Shown in pieces: positions 23,812 to 37,744 of a DNA stretch of 64,000 nt (position 1 is the stretch's first letter; each line of letters starts with the position of its first letter). Under the pieces are notes generated by a model. That model was not told the DNA's origin. It saw nothing but the letters and a program-made list of their open reading frames with translations, and ran no database searches. Source of the DNA: Takakia lepidozioides. Taxonomy: Eukaryota; Plantae; Bryophyta. The translations under genes and the position numbers were made by a program. The DNA is taken from positions 61,938,001 through 62,002,000 of the forward strand of contig CM060732.1 in the NCBI GenBank assembly GCA_030704615.1. Direction: 5' to 3'.

Positions 23812-26107
23812 ATGTTTTCTGTGGATATGGGGAAGCCACTTGTACCCCAGGTGCGAATTCCAACCCTTTACTTGCAAAACACACTGGAGTCCATTCTCCT
23901 GACGGATTGTCCCTGAGAATTGACCCAAAGCTCGTCCCATATTCACCCCCAGCCCATCCACTTATATATATGTTTCGAACTGACTCTCTCTTAATTCAGT
24001 TATCTAGAGATTCGACTCTTTTGAAAGTTACGTTATGTACTGTCTTGGATTCTTATCCACGGGAGAACGGGAGACGCCAGGGAGGAATTTCACATGTAGT
24101 ATCAGCAGGAAATTGAAGTAAACTATGGCATGGGAGATAGCTTTAACAGTATTTCTGTACTTGTATTTTTCAGGTCGGCTATCTCGGTGCAGATTACGAC
24201 GATTGGGTGCACCACGCAATCACTCGCAAAGAGAGCCCTCGGTTTTTTCAGAGTAACATCCTTGAGGTAGGCCTGGAGGACCATTCGTGAAGTTTGAAAC
24301 TGCGTCAAGCTGTTCATTTCGAGAGAACGCACATAGTGTAGCTCTCGTAAATCAGATCTACATTGGGCCCAAGTATGATACAGATGCATACTCGGGCCAA
24401 GGTGTAGAGCTTAATGCCGATGTCTATTGTCGGGATGGATTTTGTGAAAGAACTCAGACAAATCTAGCATTCCGATTTGCTGATGTCGATGATCGATCTC
24501 TGCGGAATAGTAAGTTCTGGTGTCGTTTGATGTACATGCATGATCTTTCTTTTGATGTTTCAAGTCCAACCCGATGAGGCAATAGCACGGATCAATCTCT
24601 GCAGTTTTTCACTCGTACAAGGTGGTGGATCATCCCTATGATCTGGGGACCAGTTGTCGTCTGGACACAAGTGAAAGCGGTGGCTGATGGCCTGCCTACC
24701 TACGAGATTCTGCCATCAATGACTGTAGGGCTTTTGCTCTGGACATTTGCTGAGTACTGCGTTCACCGCTTTCTGTTCCACACCAAAACTTCTACATACT
24801 GGTACAGACTGCTCTGCTTTTGCACCAAGTTTCCATGGAACCATAGGGGATATTGGCATTCAACGCTTTTCATTGTGGTCATTAAGAAACGTGTTGCTTC
24901 GAGCAGCTATGAATATTGCTGCTGCTTGCTAGAATATTACCCAGTATCAGATCGCATTCTTCACTTGAAGCTAGTATGCAGCGATCAACTGACCTCGTGC
25001 TGTCGTTGGATGCTTGAACAGGCCAATAACGGTTCATTACCTGTGTCATGGTTTCCACCACAAGCACCCCATGGACCCTCATCGCATCGTATTTCCTCCT
25101 CTGTTCACACTTTCACTTGGATTTCCTGTAAGTTGCTCACCCTTTCTTATTACATTGATCTCATGGAAATCCTCTTGCACTTGATAGAAATTCAACGGGT
25201 ACTGATCACCACGAGGAAGACCACGAGGAAGACCCGCACTCAGCTGAAAGTGGACCAAGGTGGCCTTTGCACGGATCCACCATGCAGAATTTGAACTTAT
25301 TTGAACTTCCATACTGTAGCTTGTTTCACTAATATCGGTACTGGACACCTCTTAGAAGCTCTATCTCCTCAGGACCCTGGCCGGAGCAGATGTCTACTTT
25401 CTGCATATGTCTTCAATCGGACCAGGGGAAACATGTGATGCATTGCTGACTGTGTGTAGATCTGGCATCTGGGGAAACTCATTTTGCCACACGGTGTGGC
25501 TCCTTCCTTAACCGGAGGCGTGCTCCTTGGGTACATTGGGTTTGACCTCACTCATTTCTTCCTGCACCGTGGTACACCGTCCAATGACTGGCTTTACAAC
25601 CTGAAGGTTTGTACATCGTTTCCACTCTTCAAAGGTTGACTCGACTCTGAGACTAAAACTCGAAGAAAGTTCCAATCTATGCTCGTGTCCCCTTTTGCAG
25701 GTCAATGTGACAAGCAGTGAGGGAGGAGAGCAGTATCGGTGAGCATAAATCAAGCGGTAGAATTAGCGGACTCTCTGAGGACTTATCTCTGCTAATCAAC
25801 CTGCCTAGGGAATAGAGCCGGAGATCTAAAAATTATACTGTTGGTTAGGTTCTTCTGATCTCCCTATTGGTTATATCTGATACCCTTCATCAATCTTACA
25901 GGCATGTACTAGAACAAATTGCACACAAAGAGTTGTTGTTCACATGGACTCCACTTACAGATTCTCGACTTGCTGCAGAAGTTGCACATAAATCACCATT
26001 TCAAGGATCAGATGCAAAACTACAGCTTCGGGATCACCAGCTCGTTCTGGGATAAGGTGTTCCATACTCTACCACCCAACAAGCTGTATGCAACACAGCA
26101 GTTGTGA
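23812..26107 (+). CDS. FAH: Dihydroceramide/sphingolipid fatty-acyl 2-hydroxylase
   Basis: Exons 23812-23850, 24174-24266, 24605-24801, 25022-25127, 25460-25606 and 25979-26107, all GT-AG. His boxes HRFLFH, HGFHHKHPMD, THFFLH and HINHHF are present. An extra upstream coding exon is possible. Confidence 0.93.
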
Positions 26108-27267
26108 CAGGTCTGCGTGGAATAAGCGGCAGAATGTCTGCCCAGTGTTTACTGTCTACTAGTTGTTCAGAGCATGGAGAGACTGTAATCCAAACAAAAG
26201 GTGCATGAAGTACCATGATACTCCATTTCTGAACTTAACAGAGCTAAACCACCTGTCTTCCTAGGCATTGCTGCAAGCTGAAGAGAGTATGTCAAGTTCT
26301 CATGAGTGCCTGGTCTCCAATTCCCTCCTCTGAACCTAATAAATCTCCATTTTCCAAGAAATCATATTAGGATACAATGAGCATGGTCTGGAAATTGCAC
26401 TGTCTTACCGCGGCTGTTTTCCCTGTAAGAACTCTTCAGCAACAGGTAAGTACATTGAAAATACCACTTTACTGGAACTTTGATAATGGAAACAGCTTCA
26501 ATGTGTAAGTACAGATGCCTGAATTTGGTTAAGGCTTTTCTAGCCACAGACCTTGACCAACATCTCTAGTGGCATGCTCAGGCATTTTCATCTTGCCCAC
26601 CACCAACACAATACTTCCACCAACTCTGTTTGCGGACACCAAGCTACCAAAAGAATCAGAGTATATTATTACAAATACAAAAGGGTTGGTTGCAAGTAAC
26701 AGGCAACACAAACCTTGAATAACCATAATTTCTCACACTTGGCAATCCTTGCAACTTGCAATGGCGACACTCATATAACCCTAGACTGCGAGTGTATCAT
26801 AGACCATTGTACTTTGCATCTTCCACGCCTCGGACCAAATGTGACATGTATGAGTATGATCTCCAATAGCTCCTTTTGAACAGGCTATCAGGTAACTAGA
26901 CTGCTGCTGAAAGACAATGGGGGACTAAACAATTGAACTCCCAAGAACAACCCCCGCACATTGGCTTCAAGCCCTGCCCCTGTCCCAAGAGTAGTAGGCA
27001 TTAATCTGGGCAACTGTTGTGCTATGCAAGGTGGCGCTAACAAAGACAAAGAAGCTTCCACAGCTGACGATGTGTCAGTGCCACCATTAGACAACTTTGA
27101 AACACCAGCAGATAGACGGCCCCAACACAAACACTTGTTGAAAAATGCAATATCAAGAATCCCTTTCCCGTGTGCTATTCCCTCCGCTCCAAATAAGGCC
27201 CCTTGCAAGGACAAACTTCTGGAATCAGAAAGGAAGTAGACATTAAGAGTGGACGTCAAGAGACAAG

Positions 27268-30200
27268 TCAGGCAGCCCAAAATGGTTTGCCATTAGAGAA
27301 TGGAGGAGTGGGAACTTGTTGGGGCTGTAGTTCTGGCCTCCCTTCAGGTTCATCGTCTTCTTCACCATATTCCACAAGCTTCAGACCTGTCCCTACTTCA
27401 ATAGAAAAGTGAACCACATTTCAGCTCATTTGTACTTCAAACAACAACAGAGGATTGGAGAATTAATCAAGGGGAAGTAATTGGCTTGTCTTGCCACAAA
27501 TTCACTGTAAGTTCTGTAGTAATAAAACCTGGCAGAGCCATTGGCACAGCACTTAGCATCTACTTACAACCATCTCAAGGGTTACCAGGTGAGTTAGACA
27601 CATCGGAGACTACAACTGAGGGGTGCGGTGCCGCTTGCAGATGCAACCAGAAACTAAAGCAACAAACCTAACCTCAAATTTCACAACCGCTAGACCAGAA
27701 CAAAAAGACTTCACTCCATTCCCCAATCAGAAAAGGTGACAAGGAAAGTAACCACTAAAGAACTGGCATTCATTTTCACTTGAGAAATGAACCACTCCTG
27801 AAGAACGTACCCTCTTTATCAGGTTGGCTAGAAGCTGATGCAGCTTTTGAAATATATTTAGGTGGAAGTGGTGGCATCTTTCTCGGGGGTGGCAGACTTC
27901 TCGGTGGTGGCAGTGCTTGACCCATTCTGCTTTGGCCAGCTTCTGATGAGAGAGATGGTCCATCCAGCCTGAAGGGACCTACGCCCTGAGCCCACTGTGG
28001 CTACAGCAAGAATCACCTCATCTCAAGTAAGTAGGGATTACAGATGACGTCTTAAATGAACATATCATCACAATTGTAACTGTAACACCAAGGACATTGG
28101 AAAATGTTGTGGTAGAGGTACCACTTGACACACAAGCTCACAAATTAGGGCAGAGTACGCATGCCACAGCACATCAGCACGTATGCCCTCATCAGCAGCT
28201 GGTATAGTTATCATCAGCTCCAGAAGTGGAAGACAACTGGGAAATGACAGTTTCACCTGATTGGGATCTTGAATGTTTGAGTTCCCAGCATGAGACAATG
28301 ATGTCTGGAAGTGACAAAATCACTAATATCCAAACAAGCCCCATACAAGGAAGCAAACCAAGAAAAGCTACAGACAACTACCAATCCTGATAGAGAAGGC
28401 TCATAACACCACCACTGCTAAGCTCATAAGGCATATCAAACAAAATCTGCAAACAAGACGTCAGCAAAGACAGTTGCGCCCCATCCCATTCATGTCGCAC
28501 CAACATCGCCACAAAACTCCTACGTTCCTGTGAAACATAGAAAGGTGAGTCCACAGTGACCGCGCCGCACGAGTCAGCCTCGGATGGCAGGGCAAGAAAG
28601 TAATACCTGGCACACGCACTATGCCTTGTCAGGAAGGAAAATTCCTAACTACGCATTAGTCCACTTGACGTGCTTGCCAGTCTCAAGAAGTAACTGTCTT
28701 TGTGTTGGCTATCCAATGACATGAAGCAATCTGACATAAAAACCCTGGAGGGTAAAAACCCTACATATGGTTCTAGGAGGGTTCCAGGAGAGGATATGTC
28801 ATACCCACTGGCAAACAGTCAATGAGGGCACCCATATTAAAGAATCAACTACACTTTGAAAAGCTTAGAAAACATAAAGACGGTCTTCAATCCATGAAAC
28901 CATCACTTCTATAGGCATGACTAAGTAAGCTTTTGTGGCAATCATGTGCCTCCGTGCTCTAATGGTACAGGGGAGTTGCAAAACTGACAACAGCATGGTA
29001 GTGAGAGTCTGCATAACCTTACAACTAGAGATGGCTATTCCTCTATAATTCATGTAGCCATAATCTTTTTCTCTTTTAGAAGTGGGCCTGCCCTTGAGGA
29101 CCCATAGGTAGCTGCCTAAAATAACACAGTTTGGGAGAAAATTGGTTGGAGTTCTACAAACCACAAAATGTGCACACATGTGGTAGATGTCTCACTGTGT
29201 CTCCTATGAATATTTGGAGGCTAGAGTATTCCTAAGCCAACAATGAAGAAGTAGCACTTAAAATGACATGGTCAAAATCAGGCATCATGGCATGCCTTCT
29301 TGCTTATGAAAGTTGAGCTTGCAACATTTACAACCAGCTCTGATATAAGCTACTAAAGAAAGACACTAAAGACATCAACAATAATTGAAATGAGGACTTC
29401 CAAAAGCCACCAAATCAATCCTAAAAGAACAGGAAAGGTGGAAACCAACAAAAGCCATTGAAAATTCCTTTGTCCGTCGGAGCTTGATTCTACTGAATCA
29501 AAATATGCATGGGATGGAGCTATAAAGCAGACATAGGTTGAGGCACATGGCAAATTAAAAATGGATATCATTCTTCCCAGTAAATTTCAAACACGACTTA
29601 TTCCTTCATATCTACGTAAATTTGGGACTCTACTTTCACCTGAAATTCGTCCCTTGCTGTCAGCTTGCCAGCAACTGGAAACTCTTGGAACTTGCGACGC
29701 TCTTTCTGTGGAGGGCCACTGAATTGCTTCTCAGAGTGCCATTCACTTTGCCTATGGTTGCTGACAATCCCCTGGGCCTTTGTCGCTGGCGGTGCACCCA
29801 CTGCAGGGCCAGATCCTGGCCTTATGGACACAGGAGGGGGTGGCCTTTGCAGCACTGATGCAAATTGTTGTTGAGGGGCTGCCTGGGGATAGACAGCACT
29901 GTAGCCACTATAGCTCGATGGGGCCGGACCTGAAAGAGCTGGGTTGTGGTGGTGAGTAGCACCACCTGCTACCTGGGAATACGGAGGAGCACCCAACATG
30001 TAGTTGGCTCTCAACCCTGCTTGAAGAGGTCCTGCAAGGGAGGGGACCAAAAACCCTAGCAACACAGGAGATTAATCAGAGTAAATATCTACAAGTCGGT
30101 CAGAATAGTTGAACCGTCCTCAAGTTCAAGCTAGTGATCCAAGTGACATCGTTCAAGAGCAGAATGCTGCAAACTCCATCAAGTTTCGCCCTTACTGCTG

Positions 30201-33200
30201 GACCCTGCATGCACATCCTCAATTGTTGCACTTGACTTAAAATCAGCTTAGGTGCCACAAACCTGCCCAGGGGAGGGTTCTACAGATCTAGACATGCAGT
30301 CCCAATCCAAGTGGTCTGGTGTTGAAAGATCAAGAGAAGTTTCAAACCAAGAGACCATCCTCTATCCCATCCTGCCGTTTCTGCTCAAAAAGCATGACCA
30401 TGCAAACACAGACACATCTACTACACAATTCAGATTGTGCAGGAATATTCTGTGCTTTAGTTGAGTTTCATAAAACCTTGGCGGGCTGAATACCCATAAC
30501 CCAATCCAGGAGGGTTCGCAACTCAGGGGGACCATGCCCTCAAGGGACCAGCATAACCAGTACGGAACATTTACCGAGTACAGAATCTTCTCAATGCTGC
30601 TGAAGGCACAATGGACATGATTAACTATAACAAAGCAATGAAGTTAGTTACCTTGGTTTACAGAACCACAAATCTGCGGGGGTGAAGGTGCAGCTGCTGA
30701 CTCCATAGCAGGTCTCCCTACTTCGATGGAGGAGTCAATGGTGCTGGCCATGTTAGTCCCATAAGTCATTTCACCTGCTAGCTGTCGGGGAGGTGGGACT
30801 GCACCATAAACCTTGGTTGGAGGCAACCTGCAACAAACCCAAGACACCAGCACCTGAAAATCCTACACAGGCTGGTGGACATGCCCACATAGATGGTTCA
30901 CTAAAATGATGGCATGTAATTCACTGATAAGCAGACCACCCAGAAGGTATATGCTTAAAACTGATAGTCTGGTCACCTCAATACGCAGAGGCGAAAGAGA
31001 AAAATAAAAATGAGAGAATCAATTTATGACAACAAACAGCGTAAATGTCCATAACATTAACAAACAAAAACAAGGCCAAATCACTGCTCAAGAAGTACCA
31101 CCTCCTATTGGTGTTTGGTGTCAATCTCAATATGAAGCAGTCATGGCTCTCTAATAACCAACAACATTCCGAAAGATTTTGCTGGTTTCGAACAGAATCA
31201 CATCAAGTGACCAGTGGAGAAACAAAACAAATATGCATAATTTCCCTCATCATGCTGCCAAGGTTATACGAAGCAAGATGACTTACATATTTGTGTATGG
31301 GTTCACCAGATTCTTATCGAAGCCACCAAGTTGTGGAGACACCATAGGCATTGACGCAGCTGGGACAGGAGGGCAAACTGGGGGGCCCATGGGATACCCA
31401 GAGGCATAAGTGCCCCAAGGGTTTTGCATGCCCGGTGGGACTGGGTATGGAAAGTTTGGATGTTGGTAAGGCAGCTGAGCAGCACTTAAAACATGGGGGC
31501 CGGCTGAGCCTGGAGGAAAGCTCAATGGGGGCCTGTCTGCCCGTGGCTGATAGGATGGAGCCCTGTATACACACATTACCAGGGAGCTGTGTTCAACATG
31601 TGTTTGGATGGGAAGGAAAGCAGATGCATGTGTCATTAATTCAAGTAACCCTGACTTACACAATGTCAAAGATCATATCACAGAGCAATAGCCCATACCT
31701 CAAAGCTAGACTGTCAGAGCGAATCGTGTCCAGCAGATTCTCTGAAAGCCGCCTAGCATCATCCAAGCTCTTGAGATTGTCGCTAGAAATAAACAGGTGC
31801 AAAGATTGTGGCAGCTCTGCCCAACCGACATCCCCAACTTTTATTAGTCCACCATAATTGGTAACCACATCCACCCAGATCCAAAGAAGTGTATATGGTG
31901 GTGAAGGATTGAAGCAGACTAGGTGTCTGGTGGTGGTTCAAAAAGAGGCAAATTGTTGTTCTGAGCAGATGACAAGAGAATGCCTAACAAAGTGAGAGAC
32001 GTGAGGTTTCCAATGCCTACCTTCGCCACAAGAAGATTCATGATTGCCAGATCCTCTCCCGCGAACAACAACTTCAGCGCCTGTCTCAGTAATGATATGA
32101 TTTATGAACTGATCCTGCATAAGTTGCAATCCCGAATCCCCCACGGAAGCGAGCAACCCCACCACACAATCTCTCCCAAAGATGTGGAGATGTCAGGTAC
32201 TACTTTTTACGTTTTTAGCAGAAGGGTCAGGATTTCCCAAATGTAAGAGTATAAAAGGGAGACACCCAAGACAAGTAACATCCCAAGAAGCCTCACATAT
32301 AAACACCGGTGCGCCAGGGACTTAGGATTTTGTGAACAAGGAGTCTGGAAAACCCAGACAGCACCATCTACCATCCCACAGGGCATCCACTTTATCCCGT
32401 CCACACTGATGCTCTTTTAAGCTAAGACTGTCTCCATCACAGTATAACAGACGTTTCAAAATGTCAAAACATCTGGACAGTTCCTTGCGAACAACTCCTA
32501 ATGATAGACACAAGACCTTGTCTTTCTCTCTCTTCTGCCCAAACTGAGCACAGGGTCTGTGGCCACAAGGTGACAGCAAACAACGTCTTAGATTACATTC
32601 TCTCTAGCCTGTAGTCCCTGAACTTTTTTCTAGTTTGTGACATGGCTGAGGACCTTAAGGATGATCTGAAGTGCCTAACTACCCTCGGCACTAGACAGAA
32701 ATTTAAACTTGGGAAGGGAGGTAACCTTTGAATAAAAAACAGATGCAGAGAGGAAAGGGAGATTGTCAATGCCCGAAGTGCGGGAAGCCTGAAGACAATC
32801 CCCAATTTCTGATAGAACGTCCTGGGTATTCTCATCAGAGAGTGACCCTCTTCAGGACCATCAAGAGCATAGTATCTGCACCTCTGTTCACCAACTTTCA
32901 AAATCTCGAGGCTAAGCCTGAAGCCCTGGCCCTGGTGGGGGTCTAATTGCTGGACAGCTCACACACAGCACATTGATGCTTGTGTGAAGGGCTTTCTAGA
33001 GGAAACCTGGAAAGCCTAAACTCATTGTTTACATCAAGGTAAGTCCCACTACTGTGGAGACCCCCTCACAAAGGTAGTGTCTGTTCCCTTTCGTTCTGCC
33101 CAGACTGCATGCGGGGTCTATGGCCACAAGGCTACGACAAACGTCTCATGAGTACATTTATTTCTCTTTTCCCATTCTGTCTCTTTTCTTTTCTCCTCTC

Positions 33201-36200
33201 TAGCTATTTTTGTTTTTCCCTTTTTCTCATTCAGAACCCACACGCAAGAAACACAACGAAGAAAGATAAGAGGATGAACCAACAAGCAGGAGAAATAGAG
33301 CGAGAGATAGTCCAAGTGAATGCAACATACAGGGGAAGTGGGAGACCAAACATGATGCCATATAAAATGAGAGCGACAACCGAATATTTGAAACTTTACT
33401 TATAAAATTGTGTCTTTCCAGAATAACCAGGGTTGTCCACAGAAGCCTACATACTATCAAGCCAAGGGCCCCAGGGCTTACATTTGGCCCACGAATTCGC
33501 CCAACAAGATTGAATGATGGCTCGGTATCAAACCCCGCAGGAACAACCACAGTGAAGGGTGGACCTCCCTGCAAAGAGGCACACATGGGAAGGTCTGCTG
33601 ATCATTGTGCAAAGGAGAAAACCACTTTCCTGTGGCATGAAGCTTCATCTCATAGCTTTTGTCATTCAACATACAGCTACAACAAAACTAATGAAATCGA
33701 CTCAATCTGATTAGCATTACAACTCTATCCACCTCAGCAGATTTTTAACAATGCAAGAAACCAAATTGCCACTTCTGCTGAGAAGTTCACATACCATTCC
33801 ACTTGGTATGGTTCCTGAAGATGGGGGGCCTGAGACTCCACCTTGCTTCATCATCTCTTCTACCAGCGCTGCAGCTGCATCCACTGATTTGATACGTTCT
33901 GCAGTATCTTTCAACTGCCATGTCCTTCACATGTAGATTAGATTCTGACCCACTCAAATTTGAATAATAGCAACTGTCACCACACAATGGTTGGGCTGAT
34001 TGGCTCAAGTCCCTGTAACCTTCTCTCAGCTGTCATTCTCTTGTTCTCTCCACACGCCGGTTTCAAACTAACAGTTACAGTGTACAGCACCAGCATCACA
34101 GAACAACATCAATGCAAGTGCAGGATAAAACTCCAGACTGAATGCAAGAGGAAAACGACAATACTGAGAAAAGAGGAAGAAGCGTGCATCATGTAACTAC
34201 CATAAAACTATTTTTGAACTCATATCCACGAATCCACATACACTACTGTGTTCCTAAATCCTTCAAGACCATTTATCCATATGGGTGGTTAAAACCACAT
34301 GAAAACTGACTATATTCCAAATTTCCAATATTACAATGGATCATTGGATAGCCGCATGACGTCTAAACCCACACAACAAAACAAACAGGATCCTCTCCTT
34401 TCCTGCCTGCACATATGTAATGATAGATGACCACCTGCCCCTACTCATTTACATGCTAACTTCGAAGCTCTCTCTCACAGGCAACCGTAAACAATACCAA
34501 ACCTTCCAAACGATCACCAAACTTACATGGACACCAGCAGAAATGTGAAGATAAAGAGGCTTCTCGCAATCAACAGGTCCGTTTGGTCCCCTGTATCGAC
34601 CTCTGTTGGATGCAAACACACAACCAGTCACAGTCATCAAAGGTTACCTTCTCCAGTAGATCAGCAAATAGAAGAGGTATGGCTGACTACCATCACCATA
34701 ACTAGAGTCAAAATATTCAATGCTATAGTCAATGATTCACTTGTCAGTTCTGTTAAACCAATTCACCAATTCAATGGTCAGCTATTGCTACTAACTGACC
34801 TTGTAATCACCACAGCACCAGTCTTCGCTTGAATCTGCAGTACAGTGTAAACTGGTCAGTGCCTCTAAAATCAATGAAATTTCTCTAATGGATTGACATC
34901 ATCGACAATGAACAGGTCTGCAGAACCGAAGACTTGACCTCATCTGAAACTACCCAATTGATGAGCTACAAGCCCTCAAAGTGCAAGGGATCTACACGAC
35001 CTAGCATGTCAACTCATACTCTTGATCCAGCTATCGTGAATAATAGCTACACCCTTTATTAGATATCATGATGTGAGCAGATAGAACACCTCAGCTGCAA
35101 CCAGATGAACGACATTTGCCCCTACACACCCTGAAGTCTCTCATACCCACATTCTATCCCTTGACCCAAGCATGTAAAGCTTTGCCGAAGAATCGGATTT
35201 CCCTTCGGGTCGGCTAACCGGTGCATGCCTTCACAATCTGCCCAATGAAATTCGAGATAATAGCACCAGATCAACTATCAACCTAATTACAAACTTGGTG
35301 ACTGTTTTACAGGTACACTCAAAAGTTCCACATACTTCTTCCTGAGTTTGACGCTTGGTGAGTTTGTATCGGACTCCAGGCTCCGCATCATTGATGATAA
35401 TCTCGCGTGCAATAACTTCATCATGTATCTTGACATGAGGTATTAGCCCCTTGGTTGCTAAATCCTACAGATCCAAGAATTAGACCTACTTTCCTTATCT
35501 TATCAAAACAAGATACAAACAGGATCAAGGGAGAGGACCATATGACGCTCTGCATACACACACCAGGCACATGGGTCGTTCTGAAGCAATGCCGTCACTT
35601 CGTTGATACTGAGAGTAGGGTAATTGATAATTTCTAAATCCGTGGAGCATCGAAGCCGACGGATGAGAATGTGGTAAATGTGCTTGCAGTGCGTGTGAGC
35701 TCCCTTTGCGTTTTTACAGACCCGGCAGTGGACATGTTATAAACTCTTCCTGGACGCGAGACATCCTGAAATTCAGCAGGAAAATAGAGAAAAGACAAAA
35801 CAACAGCAACCTGGTTGATCTTTTGGACGATAGCTGCTGCTGCGCTGTTAGGCACTGCCGAGGGTGCAGAGTATGGAAAAGAGGGCATAGGGACTGCCAT
35901 GGATGGGAAGACACCCATCAATGATCCAAACATGCCTGGCATCCCGAGGGCTGCTAGAGGGCCAGCACCTGGAAAGGAAATGAGACCCGGCATGGGAATT
36001 GATACAGCTGCTGAGGCTACACCTTCTGCTGGTTGATCCCATTTCCGCTTCCTCCTGTAAGAGCCACCATTCATGTGTACTTACTCATTACTCATGACAA
36101 AAGTAGTATATTCCTGCCAAGGCTACTATTGGTGATTAGGTCAGTAAGGTAATAAACAACCACTACTGTTGCAAGGTATTTACACATTCGATTGCTCCTG

Positions 36201-37117
36201 AGTGATACCTCTCCCTCCCCATAGATATTGAAAAAAGTCGAGTGTCTCACTAGACGGACATAAGAACGATTCAGTAAGTTTAGGTCATTAATGTGATAAA
36301 GGCTGGTAAACATTCCCTTCCATTTTGTTTTCGAAAACTCTGGTGTGCTCAAACGGCAAATGCAGCACATCTGTCCTATCATCTGACCTTATCATATCTG
36401 ACCTTATCAGGCAACCTTCATCCATACTGTGGTCTGTTCTAAGCCTCCCCTACCCGATCAAGCTCATAACTGATATATATTTGAATACAGCACCAAATTG
36501 AAGGTGAAAATCCAAACAAGGAAACAGTGGAACAAACAGCGATTCCCTGAAATGGCATGATCGCCGATAGAATTGATAATTGGGGCCAATCATACTATTT
36601 TCAAACCCTAAACTCTCTAATAGGAAGTCCCAGCACCCTACATCCGCGGAATGAACCATGTGCCCATCCATGGCTAAGCTCGCGTGGCACTGGTTAACAG
36701 CTTTTGTGATATGCGTCAAATTCATCCCGGGACATACAGGACAGCCAGCAGATCCAAGTAGGAGCCCCCTAAATAGAAGCCCTTCATCTTCGAGAAGAAA
36801 CAGACTCACAAAGATAGTCTGCATCTACTTAGGCCATGTGAGGTGTCTGTGTAAAACCCTCGCAATCAATGATTCCGAGACTGCGCTATGAAAACTGGAG
36901 ATGAAACACAGAGATTCCAAAGAAACTGAGGAGTCAAAGACATATTTAATCTTGTGAAAATATATTGCAGAAGCTACGGGTAACTAAATCACTAACCAAT
37001 TCCCCTCAGGAGAACAAATCATACTCACACATAATTTTCAAGTAGCCATCTGTCTAGCTTCTCAAATCTAACATCCTCCTACCTCTGGCGAGGCGTTGCA
37101 GTTGTCTCGTCCCCCAT
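27268..37117 (-). CDS. RIK: KH-domain RNA-binding protein RIK (RS2-interacting KH protein), about 13 exons
   Basis: Exon 37117-37083 (MGDETTATPRQ) splices to 36054 (RRKRKWDQPAE). Later exons give IAREIIINDA..RYKLTKRQTQEE, EKPLYLHISAG, FNLVGRIRGPN and HIITETGAEVVVRGRGSG. The last exon reads KLVEYGEEDD...GKPFWAA*. Confidence 0.9.
32660..33180 (+). mobile_element. LINE 3'-end fragment inside a RIK intron
   Basis: CQCPKCGKPEDNPQFLIERPGYSH resembles the CCHC knuckle at the ORF2 C-terminus. The segment is homologous to 52230-52720, including the tail tggccacaaggctacg.caaac..gtct.atgagtacatt. Confidence 0.7.
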
Positions 37118-37744
37118 CGCCGATACAACACAGTCCGATGTGCAGATTATCGTACTTCGTTCGCCACCTTGAGAGGTCTCTCCCACTCCTTGGTGTCTCG
37201 CCCCAGAGCTCGTATAGCCGACAGGAGCTTTCCGGCGACCTACTCGCACTCCGGCAGGGATCCTCTCATCCAATGAAAACCCACAAAATGGATGAACGTT
37301 CTCATTTTCAGACAAAAGAGATAAGTGCCGCACGTCAGAAACGAAATCGAACGGTTAGATCCTCTGAAATCGGACATCATCCAACGGATTTAAACGAGCA
37401 GTGAATCAGATAGACAAGGTTATAATAACTCATCCGACGGTGGATCGTGTTCTCTCATTCAACGGTGAAGATGGAAGAATCTGCATCTGAATCGAGGTTC
37501 TGACTTCTGACAGGAGAATGTGAATCGCTCAATTCCTGGCCCCATCATCATGTAAGTACGCGCAACGTGGCTTTCCTTTTCACTGCCTAATTTCACTGTG
37601 CGATTTACTGCACGTGTCACGGGTGATGTTAATTCACTATATTTTATTTATTATTTTTTAAGAGACAAAATATTAATCTGTTTTATTTTTCATTTTTTCA
37701 GTTTTTTTATTTTTTATTTTTTTCAAAAGGAGTGACAGCTCACA

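Noticed and set aside
35170-35230. rRNA-like or structured RNA in a RIK intron
   Set aside because: Only a short, poor resemblance, with no extended match or consistent structure.
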